Program-made: the position numbers and the translations under genes | Assembly: GCA_001662655.1 (NCBI GenBank) | Contig: KV460273.1 | Direction: 5' to 3' (one strand) | Origin: Pseudogymnoascus verrucosus | Lineage: Eukaryota | DNA: 64,000 nt | Part shown: one piece after another, positions 53,903-64,000 of the stretch | Layout of the letters: each line of letters begins with the position of its first letter | Numbering within the stretch: position 1 is the first letter of the stretch | Notes under the pieces: model-generated | Database searches by the model: none | The model's input: only the letters and a program-made list of their open reading frames with translations | What the model was told of the DNA's origin: nothing

Positions 53903-56059
53903 GTCTGCACGCGAAGCCCTCCGAGAGGACGGGCGCGTGGGGTGTGAAGTGTTCGAGGTGGCGGTGCTGGCAGGCTTTTGCTACCAAGATTGAAGAGACG
54001 AGACGAGAGGATTCGACGTGGTGAGAGAGATGAGGATCAAGTGGCGGCTGTTGGGTCGAGGTGTGGTGAGAATTGGGGGGGATATATATGTATGTCGTGT
54101 GCTGTTGTCCTACGTGACAGGAAGTTATAGTCGTCGGGATATTTTCCTTCTTCCTTCTTCTCACAGAGAAGAGATCGTGTGGTGTCTATGTATGTGGCGA
54201 AGGATAAATAATGTGATAACAATAAATTTTCGTCGTCGTCTATAATTGAGCTTGCTTGCTTTGTAGAGAGGATCGAGAATCGAGAATTGGAGAGAGACAA
54301 GGTCTAAGAGTAGTTTCCAAGCAGCAAAGACAAGTTTCAATATGTGCACGCGAGAATATGGAAATACAACAGTGTGTGGGAGGGGGAGGAGGAAGGTATT
54401 TAGCCCACCCCCCCTGCTACCCAACTCCAGGCCGCGAATAGAACATTGGGGGGCTAGGGGGCCAGGTCTAGGTTCCCTACTCTCTCCCTAGCATCTGTGG
54501 GGTTTTCCGGAGCGCATAATGATGGAGTGGGTTTCCTTTTTTTTTGCCTTTCCTTCCTTTCGTTCCATGTCCCGGTGTCCCCGGTATCGGTAGTCGACGG
54601 GATGGATGGGGGTTTGGGTGGGTGGTGGACTAGATGGGGGGTTTGTGGGTGGGGATGGGGATTGGGAGGGAGAGGGAAGACTAGGAAGACTAGGAGGGCA
54701 TGGGAGAGTGCTAGGAGAGGACAGAGATAGAGATGGAAGGAGCCAGTTAGACAGACGGAGGAAGGGGAGTTTGGGTGTGAGAGATAGAGGGATGGGGGGC
54801 GGTTAGTATGGAGATGTGCTAAGATGGTAGTCTACCCGAGTGCGTGCCAGTATAGTAGAGTAGGGTAAAGAAAGTGTGAACCACTGCAAGATGGGAGCGT
54901 GGGAGATCCGCCACCGTGGGCGATCCCTGGTTCTTGGGTTAGGGAGAGACATTGTAATGGAGTGTAATGAAGAGACGGGTACTTTGATGGTGGTATAGAA
55001 ATAGCGGGAGGAAGATGTACTATCGACGGATGGCAGTCCACTCTCGCGTTCTAATGAGATTTACAAACCGAAGGAAGGGTCAATCGCAGCCAATGGGGGG
55101 AGGAGTAGCGGCTGATTAGAGACGAGGATAAGTACAGTGGTGGGCGGAGGGAGGAACTGATAACGCTACGACACGATGAGTTAGGAGTATCGAGAGATTA
55201 GCATTAGTGTAAGCTGAGGGTAAAGTAGTAAAAGTGGTAGTAGTAGAGAAACAGTACTTTATTTTTTCATATAAAATATACCATCCAACAAAGTATCTTC
55301 TCACTAGCCCCGTACACTTCGCATGCAGAAACTAGGAAAACGTAGATGCGGCTGTGTGCGAGGGGTGGAGTAACGAAAAAGGACAGGGGGGGCGACGAGG
55401 AGAGAGGAAGCTTATCTCTCTCCAATAAATCCACCTTGTCTCTCATTCGCTGTCTGCTCCACCAACCCACGCACAAAATAAGCATTTCTCGCACCCGGCG
55501 CCATCGATGCCCGCGTCGCTTCTAGAATGGGATGTTGTGTGTACTTGTGGGTGTGGGTGTAAGTTAGCCTTGTTGAGGGTGGTTTTGGGTGGGTGGGAGA
55601 GGTGGGAGAGGTAGAGTGTACTTGTGATTTCTGTGAAGGGGGGGCTGTTGGGCACTGTAGAGGGTCTGTAAGGCAGTGAAGAATCAATCTTCTCCTTCTT
55701 TTGCCAATTTGCGGGTGGATGGGAAGGAAAAGCTTGCTTGAGGGGGGATGGAGTCACATGTTTGGGCTGTATGTATGAAGGGGATGGAATCACATGTCTG
55801 ACCTGTAGACTTGGCTGTTGATTACAGACGACTATGCAGAGAACTGTACTGTCTACTCCCCCATCGCCTGCATCACCATCGCAGAAGAACGTACCATCTA
55901 CCCTACCACAATCCTGATCTTCTCCGATTCTTTCCCCTTCCCACAACCAAAGCAAGCAAACCACAGCACCCAAACATCCCTCCCGATCCTCCCCGTCCCT
56001 TCTTTCGCCACCAACACACCAAACACAACAACCCGACCCCTCCCGACCCTCTATCTCCC

Positions 56060-59000
56060 CCCCTGTCGCCTCCGTAACTCAATGCTGTCACCACAGATAA
56101 GAACCCTTCCCCCCTGGTCCCGTTATCCCCAATCCAGTATAGACGGGTGGTGCTAAAACAAGGTGGCGCGCCAAGAGGGGGTTAGTCTTATCGCTGGGTG
56201 ATGATCCCTGCACGACTGACTGCCTGTCCCTGGGCGTGCATGTAAGACTTTCGTCAGACGGGAATTGGAAATACTGGAGAAATCGGAGATGCGAGATTGA
56301 GTTGTGGGATAGTTGATGGGGGTGATGAGGGATGCGTGACGAGAGGGTAATTTGGATAAGTACGGGGTGGAGGTAGGGTTTGTTTCTCCGTACATTACTC
56401 CGGGATTTCGGGGGTGATGATGAATGATAATCACGATTACTGTCTACGTGGGGGATACGAATTGAAATTCCAAAAAAGAAACACGAGTCCAAGTGCCTGC
56501 TTGCCTTCCTACCTGTCTACCTGCCTTCCTCTCTACCTGTCTACCTACCTACCTGCCTTCCAGCCTACGTACTTGCTTTTCCCTACCGCTAAAACGGACG
56601 CGGCTCGGGAGAATGAGTCGCGAACACGGACCAAGAGATAGGGAAATAAACGAGCGCCGCCCGCTGCTGAGCAGGATTTTTGCGCGCGCGCGCGCCGCGT
56701 GGGAGGCTGAGTGAGTGAGCTATGACGATGAGGGACGGGATGTGTGCACGTGAGTGATTACGGGGGTGTAGTGAGAACAGGTATCAGGTATGGGAATTTG
56801 GAGGGTGATGGGGGATGGAAACATGGGGGATGGGGGATGGGGGACCGGGGACCGGAGGGGATAGAAGAGGCCAGGCATACCTGCTCGAGTGCAAGAGCCT
56901 ACCTTCCTAGATCTGGCACGCACACGTGCTCCTCCTATCTAAATCTGCCATCCCCTCCCATCTATCCCCTTATCACCTCCCTTTAATGGCCAGTGGGATT
57001 GTGTATATAAACCCCCTCCACGCACGCTGAGGGGACGCTTTCTTCCATCATCGAAACATCGTAACTGGTTTGCTAGGGTTCTTATGTGGTTGGTTCTGTG
57101 GGGTGGGCTGGGTTCTAGGGGAGAAAAGGGGGGGGGATGGATGTATGAGGGATGGGGGAAGGGGTGGATGTGATGTTGTTGGTAGGATGGTGGTGCTGTC
57201 ACCGGTTTTGCTGTCACTGTTTTGCCGTTACCGTTTTGCTGTCGCCGTCGCCATCCTCTACTGCTGTCATTACCCTTCTCGCGCCTGGATTGAATACACC
57301 ACGTTTTGGATGGAGGAGGTAGGTGTTCCGATCTTAGAGATGGATCCTCGAGTTGTTCTCGAGTATGGTTCTCATTGATTCGAAGAACGGGATTGAATCA
57401 TGGTTTGTAGGTTATTGAAGGCCTTGGTATATAAGTTCGGTTTTGTTAAAAGTTCTATGGCCGTGGATTCCTGATGGACTGGGGATGAGGGGATGATATA
57501 TTGACATCTCGCATCTTTATATTTTATTATAATATAACCCCCTCACCCCCGTTCTCCCGCAAAAGGGTAAGTAATACCATCATCCCACCTCCCACGTCCC
57601 CTCTACTTCTTCCCCCCCCCCCTACCACCCTCCCTCCTACAATAAATAACCCCTCTTACCCCTCCGACCGCCGCATATATAAACCCCCTCTACACACGCT
57701 TAGAAGAGACTTCTCCAACAATTACGAATCTTCCACAGATGAGTTGAAGGCGCCGTGGATGTTAGTGAATATGTGGCTGGTGAGTTGGTGATGGTGTGAG
57801 ATGATTGGTGTTAATTCTTCATGTAGATGCGGTGTCTTGTCGTCGATTCGCTGCTGTCATCGCTTTCCTCTCACCGTTGCCCTCTCATACCGTCGTCGGG
57901 CCGCTTCTCACCTCAGCGAGCGGCAGATGTGCAGACGGGCGGAAATGATATGGGATGTTAGAGGGGTTAAGTGTTTAAATATTTCCTCATCTCCCCCGTG
58001 GTCATATTCATGCCTAGTGCTTCGATTTTTATATTCTGTCTGTGGTTCGTGGGTTTGGGGTGCTATTATATGTGTTTTGCGGCTATGGTTTTTGGACGAA
58101 GGGAAGGAGGGGTGAGGGATGATAGGAGATTATGGGGGGAAGCGGAAGGGCGGATGGGGATGGGGATGGGAATAGGGTTGTTTTATTTTATCTTTTTATA
58201 TCGATTATAATGGTGATTATTAAATATCACGTTCCCCCAAAAAGGCTTCACACCATATCTGCGTCCACAAACACGCCCCTCTAACACCAACAAGAACCTA
58301 CAAGAAAATGAATAAAGATGACCCTCCAAGTAATTGCCTGTTCCCCAGGAAAGTGACAGAAACGATAACTACCAAGCAGATTGAGTGGAGATCCGCAACC
58401 TTTCATTCACCCAATATCCAAATGACCCCCCCTTCCCCTCCCCCAAGTACAGCGTCTGCCATCGCACCCAGATTCCTGTCACCGCTGACAGCCCACCGTC
58501 ACCCATCTCTTGTCGTCAGCTAAGTAAACCCAACAAACACAGCGAAGCGTTTATGGATTGGCACAGTAGGCGGGAGACAGGGACGCCAGGCGAATATCTA
58601 CCTTCCTAGCACCGTTCTTTGAGTATTTTACAACAGCCTGTTTAAAAGGATGCTGTCTGTATACGTAACGTCTCCTTCTCTACTATTTGTATGAAGTTGT
58701 TTAGTGAGGTCTGTGTTGTAGCTCGTTTTGGAAGGAGGGGGGTTTGGGGGATTTTATGTTGGTTTTTTTTGTTGCTGTGTCAATTTCTTGGGGGCGAGGA
58801 GGGGAGGTTGTTATATTTTATATTTTTACTATAATTACTATTATAATACATTTCTCTTCACCCCTCACAAAGGCAAGTGAACACCGCTCAGCTTCCTTAT
58901 CACTTCTCATCCTTTCTTTGCGATGTCCTTTCCTACCTTGATCGTGTATAAAACTCCCTCCAAGCACGCTCAGAAAATGCCTCTCCAACTTTCATCCAAA

Positions 59001-60660
59001 TCGAGGCTTGGTGGAACAGGCGTGGCGGTTGCTGGGATGACAAGTTGCTGGTGGGCTGGCGTGCTGTGCACTGATGTGTGAGAGTTGTTGATTCTTTGCT
59101 GAAAGGTAATGCTGTTGTCGATACGCTGTTGTCACGGCTTTGTTCTCACTGTCACCGCTGATACCCTACCGTCACATCTTACTGTGGCCTCTCCATAAAC
59201 ACAATACGCGCAAGAGCACGGCACACGCATGGAAGGGAATGGTGGAATTATACGCTGCAGCTTCGTGATCGGAGAAAGCAAAGGGCCAAGAGCGTAACAC
59301 CGTGTACCTTGTCATTTCCAATCTGTGGGCTATGGAGTAGAAGGGAGGAGGTGGGTTTATGGTCTTTATGTAGGTTTTTGCCGACGTGGGTTTTTTGCGG
59401 ATGTGCGGAAGGAGGTGGGAAGATGGGGATAAGGGATGAGGGATGAGGAATGAGGAGATGAGGGGTGGGCGGAAGAGGAAGAGAATGAAGTTGTTTGTTT
59501 TCTGTTTTCTGTTTTCTGTTTAAATTTAATGACGATTATAAGATATTCCTCCCCCGTACCATGAGAACAACACAACCACCTCAACCCCCTCTGCAAATGA
59601 TAAGTCCATCCCCTAACCTCCCTAACATTTCTCATGCCTCCCCGCTGTAATAATGTATATAAATCTTTCCTCCACAGCAGGGCCATGCTTTCCTTCACAT
59701 CCAAATTGAACCATGGTAGAACTCGACTGTATGGTCGTTCCAGCCGGGAAGGCTGACACACTGTTGTGAGGCTGGTTTTATCACTGAGGTCCGTTAATCC
59801 CCTCGTTCGAATATGATACTGTTGTCCCCGTGATATCTGCTGTCAGTGCTTTGCTGTCACCACCAACCCCCCCTGTCGCTCCATCCTCCCACCACCACTT
59901 CCCCCACCGCCACCCTAACATCAAACCTCAAGGCAAGGGCCAAGCTTCCACCTCCCCGCCGATGAATCTGTGCGCTTCATTTGCACTCTCGTGGTTCCCT
60001 CGGAGTAGGCCAGTCGTGGAAAGCTGCCATTTTGTCCGCTGAAGGTTGAAGGGCCTCATTTCATTATTTGTGCACTCTTATAGTGTCCTGAATGTCGTGG
60101 AAAAAGGGGGAAGCGGTGGGGTGTTGGGGAGGGAGAGGCTGGAGAGAAGTTGGGGAGAAGTTGGGGAGAAGTCGAGGAGGAGTTGTGGAGAAGTTGGTAA
60201 TAATGGGGTGCATGGGAATGCCGAAGTTTACAGGGCGGTGATTACAAGGTTTTTCTGAAGCCTGCTTCGTATTAAAGTCTCCTGTTCTGTTCATATCATT
60301 CGTCTCAGGAACGCAAAAGCTAATACGCATTCCCACGCCCCCAACACTTCTCACACACCCATCTAGTAAGACCGCGCCCCCCGCGATCCTAAGCAACTAC
60401 TGTTAAAATCCGATCGCATAATCTTCAGTAAACCTTTCATTCGAACTCCATCCTGATGACTATAATAAACCCAAGTCAAGTGGTTGTGGGCTTTCCTGTA
60501 CTTTACATCCTCGAACCTACTGGCTGGATAACTCACTGGAGTTTGTTAAACCCCCCTTGAACATGATGTTGTCATCACTGCCCTTGATGTCGCTGCTGAG
60601 TCCAGCTGAGCTGCTTCTTGTTGTCACCACCTAATGCCGCCACCGCCCGATCTCGCTGTC
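56060..60660. repeat. Diverged ~620-760 bp unit array, right arm (cores YTGYTGTCR on +)
   Basis: TATAAA-CCCCTC-CACGCT-AG boxes at 57006, 57678 and 58947. Cores at ~57200, 57840, 58480, 59115, 59840 and 60570. Units at 57678 and 58947 align over ~200 bp. Confidence 0.7.
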
Positions 60661-61118
60661 ATCTCTCGGCTTGGTGTCTTCACACATGCTAGCTCTGAGT
60701 GGAGAGCGTGTCGTAACGAGTTGGGTTGGGTGTGTGAGGCGCAGGAGTTACACGTGGACCAGGCGTTCCACCTAGATTGAATTTAAATAGTTCGGATGCG
60801 TTGTTTTGGTAATAGTGGATGGGATGGGGAATTTTATATGCGTTGGTGATTGTTGGTGATGGTTGAAGGAGGGGAAGGATAGGGGGGATGGAGGATTTGA
60901 GGAGGCGGGGAAGATGGATGGGTTGGATGGGGATGCTGAAGTTGATGGAACAATGTCAACAGATGATTTCGCACCTTGCTTGGGGTCGGAGTGTATAAAA
61001 ACTCCCTGTTCTGTTCTGTTCTGTTCTGTCCTGTTAGTTGGTTACGGCAACCAAGCAATTACTTCCTTGTCACAGACGGATAAATATATTTCATTTCCAT
61101 AATAGTTATATAAAATAC

Positions 61119-62094
61119 CTAATTTAACGATCGGCCTCCATCGACTGGCAACTCGATTCCTGTGATGAAAGCTGCCTCGTCACTCGCGAGAAAGGCTGCG
61201 GCATTTGCGATGTCTGCTGGGGTTGCGAACCTGCCAAGCGGAATTCCTGATAATATCTGCTTTCGATTTTCTGGGGTATCAGGCTTTCCAAGGAAGAGGG
61301 GAACCCTAGCACCAGTGTGTTAGTTACGAATATAGCTGCAACAAGAACGGAGAACAGGAGGGGAAAAGGGCTCAATGAAGCACTAAGACGTACATGGCTG
61401 TCTCTCCCGCAACTGGACAGATAGCATTGCAGCGGATATTATCCTTTGCCAATTCTGCTGCTAGCCCTTTGGTAGCCTGTAACCACAGTATCAGTACCCA
61501 TTTGATAATGAGCGGCTAGAAATGGCACGGGAAGACATACTGCACTTGCTGCGCCTTTGCTGGCAGCATACCAGACGAGATTTGGACGAGGTCGCAGAGC
61601 GCTTATACTCGATATATTAACAAAAACACCGCCCTGGCCTTGCTTCTGCAAAAAGGGGCTAATGACCCTGGCACTCTGGTAGAGACCCTTGATATTCACA
61701 CGGAATATTCGGTCAAACTCTTCTTCTGAGAGTTCGAGAGACGACAGTTGTGGAGTCAGCATGCAACTTTCCACTTCTGAGGCGGAGAGATACGTACGAT
61801 TGCCTTATTCACAATACCGGCATTATTGACAACAACATCGAGTCTCCCGAATGAACTGATTGCAAGGTCAAGCGCCTTGCACCAATCGGCTTCAGAAGTC
61901 ACGTCCCCCTGGAGAAAAACCGCGGACCCTTGCGGTTGAGCCGCTGCTACGCTTTCTCCATTCGCTGCGTTGATGTCGACGAGGACCACTTTTGCGCCCT
62001 CGGCGACGAACTTCTCAGTAATGCCTGCTCCGAATCCGAAGCCGGCTCCGGTGACAATGGCGACTTTACCCGAAAGCCTTTGAGACGACATCAT
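61119..62094 (-). CDS. Short-chain dehydrogenase/reductase (classical SDR)
   Basis: [17 protein letters not shown], and C-terminal [12 protein letters not shown]. Three introns. Confidence 0.92.
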
Positions 62095-62846
62095 GTGCTT
62101 CTGAATTTGTATCTGGCAGTTATTTGCTATTCGTTCCTTTACTTTGGGTTGTCAAAGAATGAGAAGTCAGGATCCGGGCAGCTGGCGGCATAAAGAAGGA
62201 CGAACAGTTCCGGAGACGTCAGGATATTCTTAAGAGGGCTGTTAGTGTTGTTAGAGCGAAGGCCGTTGCCGACGTCCTCGTGTGATTGATGACCCGGCTA
62301 ATAAGATTTAAACCTCTGCCGCGGAAGAAGTATGAGAACAATGGACCATTAGAACCATGAGGGATCGGTGTTCGGATAACCTTCCGCGGAAGCTAGGAAC
62401 AAGAAGGTCGTACAGAAGACGCAAGAGACGGCACCAAGAGCTAAGGTTATCCCCGCATTCTGAATCCCCCGGATTCTGCGCTAGCCATTTCATTCGTGCT
62501 GTTGCTGTTCCTACGTAGTGACGGCGAATCTTCTTCTTGTAGTGTTGAAAGATAGGTTTTATATCGATGGCTGATGGATAAACCGGAGGGGATACGTGAC
62601 AAGGCAAGTCGAGGACAGATTACTAGACAATAAACATAAAATATCAATTCGACATACGCTCAAGGAAACTATCTTATACCCAATCCCCTTCTGCAACCGC
62701 GAAAAAGAGAGGGCCCAAATGCAGGTATCCACCCAACGCCAGCTAAACAAAAAACAAAAAAGCAACCAATATCTTAACACATCCCATTCATCCTTCCTTC
62801 CACCCATCCGTCATCATCATCACATTTTTTCCTCCTCCCCATCACA

Positions 62847-64000
62847 CTAAATCTCACTACCCATCGCCGAGCTAACCGGAATGCTAACTCTGCTTGAATT
62901 CCTCCCTCCCCTCATCCCAACACTCGATCCTGGCTCCCTCGGTCTCGCAACGAGCACCTGGGCCGGGCACACCACAATCTCCTCCTCTCCCACTCCCTCA
63001 TCATCGCCCTGCTTCACCACGAGCGGGAACAGCACAACCTGCACCACCGCGCCCTCCTCCTCTCTCTCCTCGCCGCTCACCTGTGGCGCTCCTCTCGAAC
63101 CGCCAGCGCTGATCTTCTCGCTCATCAGCGCAGCATTGAAGGCGACCTCACGCGCCAGGTCGCCGTTGGCGTCATACTCCGGCTGCAGCGGTGGGAGCAT
63201 CATGTATTGAGCGCGCTGGGTGCGCATCTCAATGGACAGGTTTACAGCGACGCGCACGACGCGGCGGAGCTGCACCTGGATTTGTTCCTCCAAGTTGGAA
63301 GGCGGCGGGAGGATCGTGCTGAGGGTCTGGAAGATAGCCTGGACGACGGCCTCAGTATCCTGGTCGCGCTGTGCGGCGAACGCAGGGCGGCGCGCGAGCA
63401 GGGAAAGCGTCGTCGCGCGCCATTGGTGGACTGCGGCCGGTGGGCCGACTTCGAGGAGCATCTTCTCGAGCGACTTGAGCTTCTGGCGCTGCTCGCGGTC
63501 CATACCGAATAGGTAACGCGTGAAGATGTACTCCCATACCATGGTCATGGTCATGGACATGAAGATGTCGCGGCGGCGCACGCGGTCGGCCAGGTAGTCG
63601 TCGACATCGGAGCCGTCGAGCACGGCGTTGTCTAGCCGGTCGATGATCTTGTCGTTGCTGATCTCCGATGTCAAACGGCAGGCGCGCATGTCGCTGAACT
63701 TCGAGAAGCGCAGGATCCACTGCGATACGTGCTCGCAGAGTCTCTGGCAGGCGTCATCGAAGTAATCCTCGTTGCGCACAACAAGGAAGGAAGCATCCTC
63801 GGACTTGGAGGCTAGGATCTGGCGCTGCATCTCTTTGATCTGTTCGCGCGCCGACTCAAGCTCGTTGCGCAACTGGTTGAGCTCGCGGTCTTTGTCTTGT
63901 AGCTCTTCCTGAACCTTGCCTTGTATAATCACTGCCATGCCTTCGGATAGATTTCCATGCGCGTGTCGCTCTTCTTCGAGCTCCCTTGTTGTTTGCGCAT
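62847..64000 (-). CDS. 3' part of a large fungal coiled-coil protein (5' end outside window)
   Basis: Frame is open to the window edge; coiled coil followed by a conserved-looking domain EDYFDDACQRLCEHVSQWILRFSKFSD...LPPLQPEYD...FPLVVK. Confidence 0.8.
   Translation of the reverse strand, partial: AQTTRELEEERHAHGNLSEGMAVIIQGKVQEELQDKDRELNQLRNELESAREQIKEMQRQILASKSEDASFLVVRNEDYFDDACQRLCEHVSQWILRFSKFSDMRACRLTSEISNDKIIDRLDNAVLDGSDVDDYLADRVRRRDIFMSMTMTMVWEYIFTRYLFGMDREQRQKLKSLEKMLLEVGPPAAVHQWRATTLSLLARRPAFAAQRDQDTEAVVQAIFQTLSTILPPPSNLEEQIQVQLRRVVRVAVNLSIEMRTQRAQYMMLPPLQPEYDANGDLAREVAFNAALMSEKISAGGSRGAPQVSGEEREEEGAVVQVVLFPLVVKQGDDEGVGEEEIVVCPAQVLVARPREPGSSVGMRGGRNSSRVSIPVSSAMGSEI

Noticed and set aside
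47290..60660. CRISPR array or intact transposon
   Set aside because: Eukaryotic context; the repeats are not identical with unique spacers, and no cas, transposase, RT, TIR or LTR is visible.

Overview
Intron-rich eukaryotic DNA from a filamentous ascomycete. Gene content, short GT-AG introns with CTRAC branch points and dispersed 5S genes suggest a Pezizomycotina, possibly Leotiomycete, genome (inference). I can model about 20 protein genes: PDI, PCC1, CDC14, 14-3-3, ATPase inhibitor IF1, NSP1, a Laa2-like protein, a Nam8/Ngr1/Csx1-type 3-RRM protein, an alpha/beta hydrolase, VPS71, a small mitochondrial protein, a Pho4/NUC-1 bHLH factor, a beta-propeller-like single-pass membrane protein, a GH5, CRT10, two secreted proteins (one an HExxH metallopeptidase), an ammonium transporter, an SDR and a partial coiled-coil gene. 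There are also two identical 5S rRNA genes. Two things are not explained by ordinary annotation. (1) A dense cassette of perfect 5' splice sites fused to TACTAAC branch points lies about 1.1 kb downstream of the Nam8-family gene, with a 12-nt perfect complement just after its stop codon; this is a candidate splicing-feedback element. (2) About 12 regularly spaced (~600-800 bp) diverged units, each a TATA/C-run box plus an iterated YTGYTGTCR core, are arranged largely mirror-wise on both sides of the ammonium transporter. Exon boundaries were read by eye and no database searches were run.
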